A stretch of DNA of 44,499 nucleotides from Macrostomum lignano (Eukaryota), in assembly GCA_002269645.1 (NCBI GenBank), contig NIVC01004485.1, positions 1-44,499 on the forward strand. Direction: 5' to 3'. The stretch's first letter is position 1. Every line of letters starts with the position of its first letter. Positions 31,801 through 43,732 of this stretch are shown here, piece after piece. Below the pieces are notes generated by a model that was given only the letters and a program-made list of their open reading frames with translations, searched no databases and was not told the DNA's origin. A program made the translations under genes and the position numbers.

Positions 31801-34800
31801 GAAACGCAGATTCAGTTCACGAAAGGCAGGAGAAACGCAGATTCAGTTCACGAAAGGCATCAGAAACACAGATTCAGTTCACATGAGGCTGTTTCATTCA
31901 CAGAATGCTCACTGAGCTCCTCTGCGACAAAAAATCTGATTCGAATTGGCTTTTGTTTCGTGCTGCTCTACCTGTGAATTTGAGCAAGTAGACTTGAGAG
32001 CAAAGGAATTTCCAACAATCGAATACATGTGCGGCTATGGCAAAAACATTCGGACACGGGCAGTACTCTCTCAATCTTTCTCGGCGCTAAAATTTCATTA
32101 TCCCCTCAAGTGACAACTGGACCACGGAAATGCTTCACGGATGGCTCCTTCAAAAGCGGAACTTCCGGTTTTGGAGTCTGCATCATTTTCGTGAGGCTGC
32201 TATCCACGCTCAACACATCAGAGGACTTTATGGTGTCTTCCAGAAAAAGGCCTCGCCGCACCCTGTCAGGCTGCCTTGCAGGCCCCGAGTCAAACCTCTG
32301 CGAACTACCGGACTGCTTGCAACGATTTTTAATATGCGGAGAAAATTTAATAAACATTACTATGCATAAGTAGTCTGATAAAAAGTTATAGGACAAAAAT
32401 ATTTTAAGCTTGATTCCTTCGCTTGTATAAGAATATGGAAAACACGCCCTAGCTAATGCTGGCACCCATCTACAGCTGGGTGAACTGAAGCAATGAACTT
32501 TATGTGACTGAACGAGGTTGATGTCGAATTGATAAAAACGGTTTACAGACTTATTCGAATAAAATTTTGGAACTTTTAGGACGGCGACGGTGAGACAGAG
32601 AGCCAACGGCGAGATCCACAACCTCAGAGAGCAGGGGTTTAATGGTGAGCCGGTGTGACCAAGCACCCCAGAGAGCAGGGGGTTAATGGTGAGCCGGTGT
32701 GACCAAGCACCCCAGAGAGCAGGGGGTTAATGGTGAGCCGGTGTGACCAAGCACCCCAGAGAGCATTTCATCATAGCAGCTGGATCTCACTATAAACAGC
32801 GTGCGTCCGAGCATTGTTTGAGCATCAGACTCGATTCATGACAGACGCTGCTCACAATGGTCCTTGGCAGTGGGTCAGCTGTATTTCTACATCATTTTTA
32901 TTTTAGCGCCACAGCAAAACCATTTGTGCTCACCCGTCAATGTGGCTGGCCACTGGTGTGCTCAGGTAGCATTTCTGACTGGGTTGGACGGTTTGGGCGC
33001 CGGCGACCGTATTGAATTTTATGATATTCTCATTCTTCTGATAGCTGAAGTCCACAGCGCTGGCTTCAGCGTATTCTTTCAGCGGGTGACAGGCCAGTGA
33101 GAGAACGGCCTGCCGGACCTTCTTGTCCTCATTGTGGAACCAGTTCTGGCAGTGGGCCTGCGCCCAGGTATCGATTTTATTGTCTTTGTAGTATTGATTC
33201 ACGAACCAGCCCAGTGGGATGATGGGTGAGTAGCTCCTGCCAAGGGCGGCGGGGGGTTCTCAGCAATTGGAGCGCTTGCTAGGAAATGATGCGATTTTGT
33301 TTGATCGTTATTTAATGCTCAACAGTTCCGAATCGCTTCGAATCGAAAATTTCCTTAGCTGGAAGAACCAGTCTTATGAAATACCTGCAAAGTGACTAAG
33401 GATATTGGAGGTAAAGTCATTGAGGACATTGGAGGCGATCGGGGCGAATTCACTGAGAACATGGAGTGAAGTCAATGAGGACATGAGGTGAAGTCTCTGA
33501 GGACATGAGACAAAGTCACTGAGGACACGAGGCAAAGTCACTGAGGACATGGGGTGAAGTCACTGAGGACATGAGGCAAAGTCACAGAGGACATGGGGTG
33601 AAGTCACTGAGGACATTAGGCAAAGTCACTGAGGACATGGGGTTGAAGTCACAGAGGACATAGGGTGAAGTCACTGAGGACATAGGGTGAAGTCACTGAG
33701 GACATGGGTTGAAGTCACTGAGGACATGAAGCAAAGTCACTGAGGACAATAAGGCAAAGACACTGAGGACATGGGGTGAAGTCACTGAGGACATGAGGCA
33801 AAGTCACTGAGGACATGAGGCAAAGTCACTGAGGACATGAGGCAAAGTCAATAAGGCAAAGTCACTGAGGACATGGGGTGAAGTCACTGAGGACATGAGG
33901 CAAAGTCACTGAGGACATGGGGTGAAGTCACTGAGGACATGAGGCAAAGTCACAGAGGACATGGGGTGAAGTCACTGAGGACATGAGGCAAAGTCACTGA
34001 GGACATGGGGTTGAAGTCACAGAGGACATAGGGTGAAGTCACTGAGGACATAGGGTGAAGTCACTGAGGACATGGGTTGAAGTCACTGAGGACATGAAGC
34101 AAAGTCACTGAGGACAATAAGGCAAAGTCACTGAGGACATGGGGTGAAGTCACTGAGGACATGAGGCAAAGTCACTGAGGACATGAGGCAAAGTCAATAA
34201 GGCAAAGTCACTGAGGACATGGGGTGAAGTCACTGAGGACATGAGGCAAAGTCACTGAGGACATGGGGTGAAGTCACTGAGGACATGAGGCAAAGTCACT
34301 GAGGACATGGGGTGAAGTCACTGAGGACATGAGGCAAAGTCACTGAGGACATGGGTTGAAGTCACTGAGGACATGGGGTGAAGTCACTGGGGACATGAGG
34401 CAAAGTCACTGAGGACATGAGGCAAAGTCACTGAGAGCACGAGGCAAAGTCACTGAGGACATGGGGTGAAGTCACTGAGGACATGAGGCAAAGTCACTGA
34501 GGACATGGGTTGAAGTCACTGAGGACATGGGGTGAAGTCACTGGGGACATGAGGCAAAGTCACTGAGGACATGAGGCAAAGTCACTGAGGACATGAGGCA
34601 AAGTCACTGAGGACATGGGGTGAAGTCACTGAGGACATGAGGCAAAGTCACTGAGGACATGAGGCAAAGTCACTGAGGACATGGGGTGAAGTCACTGAGG
34701 ACATGAGGCAAAGTCACAGAGGACATGGGGTGAAGTCACTGAGGACATGAGGCAAAGTCACTGAGGACATGGGGTTGAAGTCACAGAGGACATGGGGTGA

Positions 34801-36454
34801 AGTCACTGAGGACATGAGGCAAAGTCACTGAGGACATGGGGTTGAAGTCACAGAGGACATAGGGTGAAGTCACTGAGGACATAGGGTGAAGTCACTGAGG
34901 ACATGGGTTGAAGTCACTGAGGACATGAAGCAAAGTCACTGAGGACAATAAGGCAAAGTCACTGAGGACATGGGGTGAAGTCACTGAGGACATGAGGCAA
35001 AGTCACTGAGGACATGAGGCAAAGTCACTGAGGACATGAGGCAAAGTCAATAAGGCAAAGTCACTGAGGACATGGGGTGAAGTCACTGAGGACATGAGGC
35101 AAAGTCACTGAGGACATGAGGCAAAGTCAATAAGGCAAAGTCACTGAGGACATGGGGTGAAGTCACTGAGGACATGAGGCAAAGTCACTGAGTCACCAAG
35201 ACAGCTGTTGAAGTCGACAATGAGTTTTTAAAAGAGGCGTCGCTTCCATAAAACTCAGAGTTCCGTTGAGTCAGCCAGAATACGAGCTATGGTTTTGCTG
35301 CAAACTGTGCCTCTTATTTGAGTCTGCAAAGAAAATGGATAAATCCAACTGAGCTGTGGACCCGTGTTGCTATTGAAGACAAATTAGGACACCATGAATT
35401 CGTTAACAATTGCTGGTATTGTCCTGGGCCTTGGGGGTCGCTGCAAGAGCCAAGCGCTACTAAAAGTAAAATTACTTTCTACTTTTCAAGTTTAATTTCG
35501 TAGTTTAGCTGATTTAACTGCACTTTGAGAAACAAATGCCCGATGTGGCGGATTTCAAATCAGCTGGCCATAAAAATGACTCACCTCTTTTTCGAGTTGT
35601 CGCACTTCAACTCCAGGTAGCCCATGTGGTAGAGCTCACAGGTGTTCCCCGCAGGTACGCTGCGGCACTTGAAATTGAAACCGAGAATGTTCCTCTTGCC
35701 CACCTTTGAGTTCACTTGGAACGAGTGAGCAGCCAGCACTACGAACGGGCTCTGAAGCGGTGCACAGCAAGAGAGAGAGACTGAACTGCACGGCCACCCC
35801 AGCCTCCCCAGCTCCCAAACCCGAATCGAATTCGGCGCTTTCGGCTCACCTCGGTCTTGGAAATGGTGGTCTTGCCGCTCTCGGTGTAGCCAAGCAGCGT
35901 CATGGTGCACGCGCCATAGAAAACGCTGACGTCGAACTTTACCTGCATTGGCGATTGAGGGCAGTCGGTGGGTTTTAGCAATGCAACAGATGGCAGTTCG
36001 GTGGGTTTTAGCAATGCAACAGATGGCAGTTCGGTGGGTTTTAGCAATGCAACAGATGGCAGTTCGGTGGGTTTTAGCAATGCAACAGATGGCAGTTCGG
36101 TGGGTTTTAGCAATGCAACAGATGGCAGTTCGGTGGGTTTTAGCAATGCAACAGATGGCAGTTCGGTGGGTTTTAGCAATGCAACAGAGGCAGTTTTTGT
36201 AGCTGCTATTGCAGTTGCTGTTTCGGTTTCACAGGCAAAAACCTATGCTTGCAACTGGGTTTTGGCGAATGAATTATTCTAGCTTCATGCTGTTGTAAAC
36301 TGAAGTCGGGGAATTTTTCACCGATATAAGCTTTTGATCCTGATTTTTCACCCCAATGCTCCCATCAGGTGCTCACGTTGAGGTCCTTCGGATTCAGCTT
36401 ATCCCATTCCAGCGGCTTCTCGAGCTCCAACTGATGAGTTGACGACGACGAACC
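28824..36454 (-). CDS. Host multi-exon SUSD2/Mesh/MUC4-like gene (AMOP, degenerate VWD, Sushi, hydrophobic C-terminal tail); 5' exons not resolved
   Basis: GT-AG exons with consistent phases: 36454-36377, 35942-35850, 35751-35585, 33236-32934, 31493-30418, 30011-29895, 29740-29540, 29107-28824. The translation has LEWDKL...LLGYTE, PLGWF...WAQAHCQNW, AECCY, VPHLSHWYWDLLPYRYCCLWW...RPS...PPR (AMOP), FKVQAR...GLLG (VWD-like) and CRSPPN...CPKGY...KC...SC (Sushi, flanked by phase-1 introns). There is a possible AATAAA at 28549-28554 on the minus strand. Confidence 0.85.
29340..29505. repeat. Intronic minisatellite, ~40-bp unit, ~4 copies
   Basis: GACAGACACTCGGACAGACACAGTGGCCACAAGCATGCAT repeated. 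Confidence 0.85.
30048..30380. repeat. Intronic minisatellite, 11-bp unit, ~30 copies
   Basis: (GACAGACACAT/C)n; source of the Cys-rich artefact ORFs. Confidence 0.95.
31516..31885. repeat. Intronic minisatellite, 31-bp unit, ~12 copies
   Basis: GCATGAGAAAAGCAGATTCAGCTCACGAGAG; homogeneous on the left and diverging to the right. Confidence 0.95.
32095..32275 (+). pseudogene. Short decayed RNase H fragment related to the LOA-like element
   Basis: CFTDGSFKSGTSGFGVCIIF...HAQHIRGLYGVFQ versus CYTDGSIKDGRAGFGVCIII...DAQHTGRLSTVFQ at ~27255-27375. Confidence 0.7.
32625..32765. repeat. Minisatellite, 44-bp unit, 3 copies
   Basis: CAGAGAGCAGGGGGTTAATGGTGAGCCGGTGTGACCAAGCACCC repeated. Confidence 0.9.
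33410..35192. repeat. Intronic satellite, 22-bp unit, ~80 copies, two main variants
   Basis: GTCACTGAGGACAT followed by GAGGCAAA or GGGGTGAA; degenerate at the left edge. Confidence 0.97.
35961..36190. repeat. Intronic minisatellite, 33-bp unit, ~7 copies
   Basis: GGCAGTTCGGTGGGTTTTAGCAATGCAACAGAT repeated. Confidence 0.95.
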
Positions 36455-36639
36455 CTGAAAATTGAAAAAGTCGCCCGGATTCACTGCGAATGGAGGGTTG
36501 GGGAGCAGAGCAGGTTGTAGAAATTTCTTTGCAAATAAGCGCGTGCTATTTATGCTACTGTAAACGGTAGGGTTTTTTAGGCAAAAAGTTGCTGATGCAC
36601 TAATTTATTAACAAGTGCAGCTTTGTACTGCCTAACTGT

Positions 36640-36915
36640 GGATCTTCCGGATGGCACCGGGGGCCGCGCGGCGCAACTGCACCACCAACGCGCCTTTCTG
36701 CCCCCACCTGTCTGGTTCGTTCATGCAACCCGTTGCACCGTCGGCGACTCCAGCTGGCAGGCCACTTCATCCGTACCGAGTCGTACTGCCCACAGACGGT
36801 GCAGGAGGTGCTGCTGCCGACGCTGCAGGCTCGACGCTTCTTCGACTGCCTGCTGGCAGACGCCGGCGCCCCGAATTCTGTCCGCGGAGCGGCCTTGTTT
36901 GCGCTCAGGCGCTGA
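36640..36915 (+). pseudogene. 3' fragment of an RTE-like non-LTR retrotransposon ORF
   Basis: RRRLQLAGHFIRTESYCPQTVQEVLL...RRFFDCLLADAG resembles the post-RT tail of RTE-type elements. Confidence 0.55.
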
Positions 36916-37084
36916 GGTCTGGGACGCTGTTAACATTATGATATCTCTTGATCTTTGCTGGCACCGACAGCGTATTTTGCTTGTTGTTTTCGAATTTAAA
37001 TCTTTACAAAAATTACGACCGTATGCCTTCACAAACCTACATTTACTAAAATATTTATTTTTTTATCAATCAATACAAGTCAAT

Positions 37085-37262
37085 TCAGCCCAGCATTCTC
37101 TGACACCCAGTGCTCAGCTGCAGAACTCAGCCCAGCATTCTCTGACACCCAGTGCTCAGCTGCAGAACTCAGCCCAGCATTCTCTGACACCCAGTGCTCA
37201 GCTGCAGAACTCAGCCCAGCATTCTCTGACACCCAGTGCTCAGCTGCAGAACTCACCCCAGT
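37085..37262. repeat. Minisatellite, 42-bp unit, ~4 copies
   Basis: CAGCCCAGCATTCTCTGACACCCAGTGCTCAGCTGCAGAACT repeated. Confidence 0.93.
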
Positions 37263-39190
37263 GTTTCGCACTAGCCGCAGCGCGGCAGGAGGTCACTGCC
37301 AGACTGGCTGTCCAGAAGATTCGCAAGACCAGCAGCATGGCTTCGGCTTCGGGGCTGAATAATTGACAAAATTGATTTAATCCGGTCCAAATGTTTTTTT
37401 GTGAGACAGACTGGACCAGTGGTGACAACGCAGTGACTGCAGCACCGTCTGTAAAGTGGGGCGGCCACTGCTGGCCATAGACAAACCCAATTAAGTAGTA
37501 TGAAACGATTGCCCCAGACAAACATGTACTTTAGCAGTGGCATTTACAGAAGTTTTGCTCTTAGACAAATGCTTATATTATATACGAGTATTAAGCTGAG
37601 GTGAGCTGTGTCCTCTTGAGCCAAAGTCCCTGTTATAAGTTTGCGAGTTCGATTTCGCGAGCGGTAACTTTAATTTAGAGTTGGTGCAAGAAAAATGGCC
37701 TGGATCTTGTCGTGCATCTCACACCAATACGAGTAAAAGCCCCAGCTGCCTCGCCAAATGCAGCAAAAGACAGATAGATTCTTTCAGGGCGCAACATTTT
37801 TCGTATAAATCACAATAATTAGGCTGAGTCTCGAGTCAGTATTTTTCCTTGCTTTCACTTGTAAGTCTCTGAAGATCCGGTCCGTCCAAGCGACCTGTGG
37901 CGTCGGAGACTCCAGCCGGCAGGCACTTCATCTGCGCCGATCTGTGCTCCGCAGGCAGGCACCCTACCGGTTGAAAACGACAGGTGCGCAGTCCGCGTTT
38001 CATCGGCTGTCTGCTGGCTGACGCCGTCGCCCCTGGATTCTGTCGATGGCGCGGCCCCATTATTCCTTCGCCTTGGAGCGCGACCGTGCGCTGCTCTTCT
38101 TTGGGGACCGCTGTGACAGCTAGAATGTTAGAGCTTTGAGCAGTAGAGCTCGCTCCAGTGAGAGAGTCCCCAAAAAGTCAGGAACTCAGGCTGCCTTGTA
38201 CTTTTGCATCTCGAACTCTGCACTTCCGAAACTTTTCGTTAAAGCCAGAAGCAAAAATTAGAACTGTTAATTTTTTTTCAAATAAGCGTCGCTAATCTTA
38301 GTGCAGCACATGCGACCGTACAAATGTCCCTGGGCAGTCAGCAAAAAAGTTTCCATGCTCCTCCTGCTGTTACGCCCACTGCACCCATCCTGGCTCCTGA
38401 TTGCAAAGTGCAGCAGACAGACGGCGGCCATCAAGACTGGCTGCAGCCAAGGACTTGCAAGTCTGCACTGCACTGGGGGCTGCGCGGGGTCTGACGGGCT
38501 CCGGAGTTGCCCGCTGCTGAATTGCACACTGAGTCCTAGAAGCGGGTCACAAGCCTAGAATTTGCTTGATTGATGTGCTATACTTCTCAGTAGATATATC
38601 TCACTCTCTTGAGCAATGCAGACTGGCTAAATACTCACTACGCGAAGTCCAGCTTCAGTTTCAGCATCAGCACGAGCTCTGTAAGCAACTGATACACACA
38701 GAACTGGTTATGAACCTATCAAACTGCTATCGAATTTTATGAGCTTGCTAATTAGATTTTTTGATTTGGTAGCAGTATGCAGGGATTTTGCTAAGACTAG
38801 CTTTCAAAGCAGCCAAAGCCCCTGACTGAGCCGCAATGCCCTGATCTGTGAACACTCTGCAGGGAAAACTCAATATGGGACAGCTCCCGATTCCAAAGTT
38901 GGAGTAGCAATCGCCGGGTAATTTAGGGGAACGCGGATAGCTGAGCAGTTGGCAACGAGCTGATCGGCAAGACTTGCGGACATGGGGAAGCCGAGCAAAT
39001 TCAGTCATGGTCATCCATCAAACAGTGCCAGAGCCCGGAGTCCCCGCTGCTCCGCCCCGGCCTGCCTGATAAACGAACATGATTTGGGGGAAAAGAAATG
39101 GAAGGGAAATTGATTTGGGGTTGCGGAGCCGCTGGCCGTCTCGCCCTCCAGCTGATCCCCTCAGCCTCTCCCCTGATCGCTGGAGCGCAG

Positions 39191-39285
39191 GACGGCTGAA
39201 ACTCGCGAGATGCAGCCGGACGGCCGAAACTCGCGAGATGCAGCCGGACGGCCGAAACTCGCGAGATGCAGCCGGACGGCCGGAG
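39191..39285. repeat. Minisatellite, 28-bp unit, 3 copies
   Basis: GACGGCCGAAACTCGCGAGATGCAGCCG repeated. Confidence 0.88.
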
Positions 39286-39555
39286 CGGCTTCTGCAGGCC
39301 TGCGGGGCTCCCAGAGAGAGGCGAGCATCAATTGAAATGCGAGGCGCTCAGCCGGCCGTGTCGCAAAGGGGCTCCTAACCGAGCAAATATCTGCCAACCA
39401 TCCTAGAAAAGTCCATGCGCATTAACAAGAAAATTTGAGTCGCAAAAGAATTGAGTAGCAGAAAAGCACGCTATTTTAAGGGATATAGGAAACATCACTT
39501 TATATTGATTGATGGCCTTCGGTCTTTAAGCGGAAAATCGCGTGTTTACAGGAAA

Positions 39556-39925
39556 ACAGTGCAGAGTAATGCATGCACCTGCAGTCAGTGCAGAGTACTG
39601 CATGCACCTGCAGTCAGTGCAGAGTAATGCATGCACCTGCAGTCAGTGCAGAGTACTGCATGCACCTGCAGTCAGTGCAGAGTAATGCATGCACCTGCAG
39701 TCAGTGCAGAGTAATGCATGCACCTGCAGTCAGTGCAGAGTAATGCATGCACCTGCAGTCAGTGCAGAGTAATGCATGCACCTGCAGTCAGTGCAGAGTA
39801 CTGCATGCACCTGCAGTCAGTGCAGAGTAATGCATGCACCTGCAGTCAGTGCAGAGTAATGCATGCACCTGCAGTCAGTGCAGAACAATGCATGCACCTG
39901 CAGTCAGCGCAGAGTAATGCATGTA
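39556..39925. repeat. Minisatellite, 29-bp unit, ~12-13 copies
   Basis: CAGTGCAGAGTAATGCATGCACCTGCAGT repeated. Confidence 0.95.
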
Positions 39926-40485
39926 TCATTTGTTTTTTCAATAGGCCAGTAAGCTATCTAAAGAATCTTGATTTTAAATCAAACGGATCAAGCGAAATTG
40001 GTATTTGGATTTTAGCGTTTTTACAAGTCATTTTTGTAATTGTACAATTGGGACTTTTACACCATGCATAAAATATTTGCTTGGCATGACCAAGGAAGAG
40101 ATTTGCTTCAAATCGCTCTGCACAGGACAAAAACAGGCTGACACGGGACAGGCTGAGCCATAAACTTCTAATTGCTGCTTTCTGAGCTTCTCTGCTTTTT
40201 ACTGCCAAAGCCAGGCAGTTTAAGCTGAGCAATTCGGCCAACCTGTGTGTGGCGGCCCGCATGTCCCCGCCTAATGATCGGCCTCTTTTACAGCCTGCGT
40301 CTCAGGTTCCGGGCTCGACCCGTAATCCGGGATTAGCGAGAATCATGCAGTCCGTCCTGTGTGCGGTGCAGACAGCACGGACGGCAAGGACCACGCACTG
40401 AGCTCCAGCCATGCAGTTCTGTCTGTGTTCTTGACCGACTAAAACCAACAATTACTTTCACAATAATCTACTAAAGCTTTTTACA

Positions 40486-40645
40486 GCACAGAGCTGCTAC
40501 CCAATCACAGCAGGTTGACCACATGGAGCACAGAGCTGCTACCCAATCACAGCAGGTTGACCACATGGAGCACAGAGCTGCTACCCAATCACAGCAGGTT
40601 GACCACATGGAGCACAGAGCTGCTACCCAATCACAGCAGGTTGAC
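40486..40645. repeat. Minisatellite, 42-bp unit, ~3.5 copies
   Basis: CACAGAGCTGCTACCCAATCACAGCAGGTTGACCACATGGAG repeated. Confidence 0.9.
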
Positions 40646-40967
40646 CTGGAGCTCAGCTAATTTGCTACTCGCAACTACCCTGAGAGGTGACAAAAGCTTT
40701 AAGCAGCCCACGCCTCTTCGTGCCAGCTGCGGCAAGCTCTGCTGGACTTTGCAGTGTTTCCAGGAGAATGCAAGAGCTGATATTGGAAACTTGAAAGTGC
40801 ATGTCTTAAACATTGGCTACTAGGGAAGTGCATTAAATTTCAAATTTACAAGGGCTAACTTGAAAAAATCTATCAATATGTTTAGACAGTTTATGGTAAA
40901 CAATGTACTCAGTTTTGAACCTGGGGTCTGAGGAATCCATGAACCCGCCTGACAAGTCTTCACAAAC

Positions 40968-41473
40968 TTAGCAACATTTCCAAGTTTTTGCACGCAAGGA
41001 TCCAGAAACTGCAGTCACACCTTCGTATCCGTCCGCACTGCGACCCGCTTGCTGATGGCGCCGGTTTCCCAGGAGGCCAGCTGCCGTCTCCGGCTGCTCC
41101 GCCCGTCTTCGGCTGCAGCTTCCACCACACAGCAGCCCTCTAGCAACTAACAAGTAAGTGGGATTTGACACCAGATAGATGAATATGTTCATTGACGAGT
41201 CAAGCGTGATGAGGAAGTTGGACCACCTGGACAGGGTCACCTCCGCCTCGGCGGGCAGCGCCCGGAAGGCGAACAGCAGCTTGGAGAAGAAGGCCGGCAT
41301 CTCAAGGACAAAGAAGGTCAGCGCCAGGGTGACGATCAGCTTGTCTGTGCCCGCCCGACGGCGCCGCAGGTTACGCGACTCGCGAATCGCCGCCGCTCCC
41401 ACAGCACCTGTGATGGAGAAAGGATGCAATGCAATGCACTGTGTCTGCCTGTCTGCCTGCCTGCCTGCCTGCC

Positions 41474-41572
<99 letters not shown>

Positions 41573-43732
41573 AATTTTGTTATTAGAAAACAATTCAGTT
41601 AATTCTGTTTCAGAAAAAGTTGACAAAGACAGCCTTGAATGGTTCCCCCAAAATCTTTACAATATGGTAACACGCAAGTCCCAATCGAACTCAGCACTCA
41701 GTTCAGCGCTGCTCAAAGGAAAAAAATGTCTGTAGAAGAAAAACAGGATCGAAAAATTGCTTGTACCGATGTTGCTCTCATCTCACATAAATCCCCGACA
41801 AACTCAAAGCAGCTCTCATCTCACAGAAATCCCCGACAGACTCAAAGCAGCTCTCATCTCCTCACCCGCAGCACGCGAGCGCTGCAGACGGTCACCACAA
41901 GGACGGGGCCGCCGGACTGCAGCAGGAACAGGCAGGCGGACAGGTACAGCAGCTGGTACAGCCGGCTGTGGAACACGGGACCAAAAGGCACCGGTCCGGA
42001 CAGAACGAAGCGGCGCTGCTCACCAGGCAGCTGGCACACCAACTCCTGGGCCTGGCGAATGGCAAGGATTTCATCGGTTGAGTCTGGCGTTCTGCCACAC
42101 TGTGCCCGATCTTTGTTTTCTACAACCCTACAGTCCCTCTCATCCTCATTGCAGCACGCCTGGCCCTCTTACTGCAAGTAGCCTCTTTAACTCTCATCCT
42201 GCTCCCCTACTGCAAACTCTCCCCTCTCATCCTGATCCCCACTGCAAACTCTCCCCTCTCATCCTGATCCCCACTGCAAACTCTCCCCTCTCATCCTGAT
42301 CCCCACTGCAAAATCTCCTCTCTCATCCTGATCCCCACTACAAACTCTCCCCTCTTATCCTGATCCCCACTGCAAACTCTCCCCTCTCATCCTGATCCCC
42401 ACTGCAAACTCTCCCCTCTCATCCTGATCCCCACTAGAAACTTTTTCCACTCATCCACACCCCCTCTATCCGCACCCTACTCAACATACACTGTACTCAC
42501 CTCTATCCGCACCCTACTCAACATACTCACCTCTATCCGCACCCTACTCAACATACTCACCTCTATCCGCACCCTACTCAACATACTCACCTCTATCCGC
42601 ACCCTACTCAACATACCCTCCTCTACCCCACCCTGAGCATACTCTATCTACTCGCACCCTCTTCAGCACTCAAAATCTACGAGCTAACTATATCCAGCAT
42701 CCCCTGTCTGCCCCATCGCGTACCTCGAACAGCCGCGGCAGCGCGACAGCAGCGCAGGCGACGCCGCAGCCGGCCAGCGCCGGTATGCAACGCGACTTGG
42801 CCAGCAGCTTCCGGCCAACGCCGTGCCTGCAGACGGCCTCGAAGCGGTGGAAGCTCAGGCCAGCCAGGGTCCAGTTCCTGGCCAGCTGGAAGGCCACGGA
42901 GCCCTGCGGAAGGGTTCGGAGTGCCACCCGACTCCTTGAACTTCCTGATCCCCTCTACTCCCTTTAGCTTTCCATCTGATGAATGGCATTCGGCCTCTGA
43001 ATCTTCTCTACCATGGTTATACCCTCTCTGAGTATTCTCTCCAATTGAGTAACCCTCCCTGGGTATTCTCTCGAATCGAGTATTATTCGAGTTTTGAGCA
43101 TGTCATCCTGCTGCGATGCACCTCTGAACCGACTGTGACTCTCACCCTGTAGACACCCCTATACCCTCCCTACGTATTCTCTCCAAGTGAGTATACCCTC
43201 CCTGAGCATTCTCTCCAAGTGAGTATACCCTCCCTGAGCATTCTCTCCAAGTGAGTATACCCTCCCTGAGCATTCTCTCCAAGTGAGTATACCCTCCCTG
43301 AGCATTCTCTCCAAGTGAGTAATTGGGCAACGCTAAGATACCTGTCGAGTAGCAGCCGCCAGGCCCGCCAGCAGCAGCGGCAGTCCGGGTCCTGGCAGCG
43401 GCAGGTGACAGCGGACAAGTGACAGGCCTACAGCCAGGTAGAGAGCCTGGCACAACTGGAAGATGGTCTCAAACAGAGACAGGCCAGTCAGCAGCAGGCA
43501 GGCGGCGAACGGCGAAGGAGCGGTTGAGGAAGACCGCCATGGAGAGGCCATTGGCCAGCGCGTTGAACACGCAGAGCGCGGCGTTGGCGGCCTCCATTCG
43601 ATAGCCGGTGGCATCGGCAGCGGCCCCGCTGGAGTTGGTTATCAGGTCCGAAGAGTCCTGGCACATCGCCGAGTCCCACGGCAGTTGCAGCACTAGGGCG
43701 AATTGTTGGCTTGGCTGAGGCTGATCTTCCAT
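40968..43732 (-). CDS. Host class A (rhodopsin-family) GPCR, neuropeptide/FMRFamide-receptor-like; two apparent 1-nt frameshifts
   Basis: Exons 43732-43342, 42903-42724, 42051-41866 and 41407-40968 with GT-AG ends. TM1 NALANGLSMAVF, TM2 LLLTGLSLFE, TM3 SVAFQLARNWTLAGLSFHRFEAVC, TM4 ALPRLFE, TM5 YQLLYLSACLFLL, TM6 DKLIVTLALTFFVLEMP, TM7 SNFLITLDSSMNIFIY. Confidence 0.8.
41443..41572. repeat. (CTGC)n/(CTGT)n microsatellite in GPCR intron
   Basis: Direct reading of the tetranucleotide run. Confidence 0.97.
42200..42440. repeat. Minisatellite, 32-bp unit, ~7 copies
   Basis: CCCCACTGCAAACTCTCCCCTCTCATCCTGAT repeated. Confidence 0.92.
42465..42640. repeat. Minisatellite, 30-bp unit, ~5 copies
   Basis: CTCACCTCTATCCGCACCCTACTCAACATA repeated. 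Confidence 0.92.
43160..43320. repeat. Minisatellite, 32-bp unit, ~5 copies plus degenerate copies near 43015-43080
   Basis: CTCTCCAAGTGAGTATACCCTCCCTGAGCATT repeated. Confidence 0.9.

Noticed and set aside
38290-39015. Possible upstream exons of the SUSD2-like gene (somatomedin-B-like and IPT/TIG-like pieces)
   Set aside because: There is some resemblance (SCRSARC...GDCYSNF...CPIL; PVQCRL...), but I could not build a phase-consistent, stop-free model.
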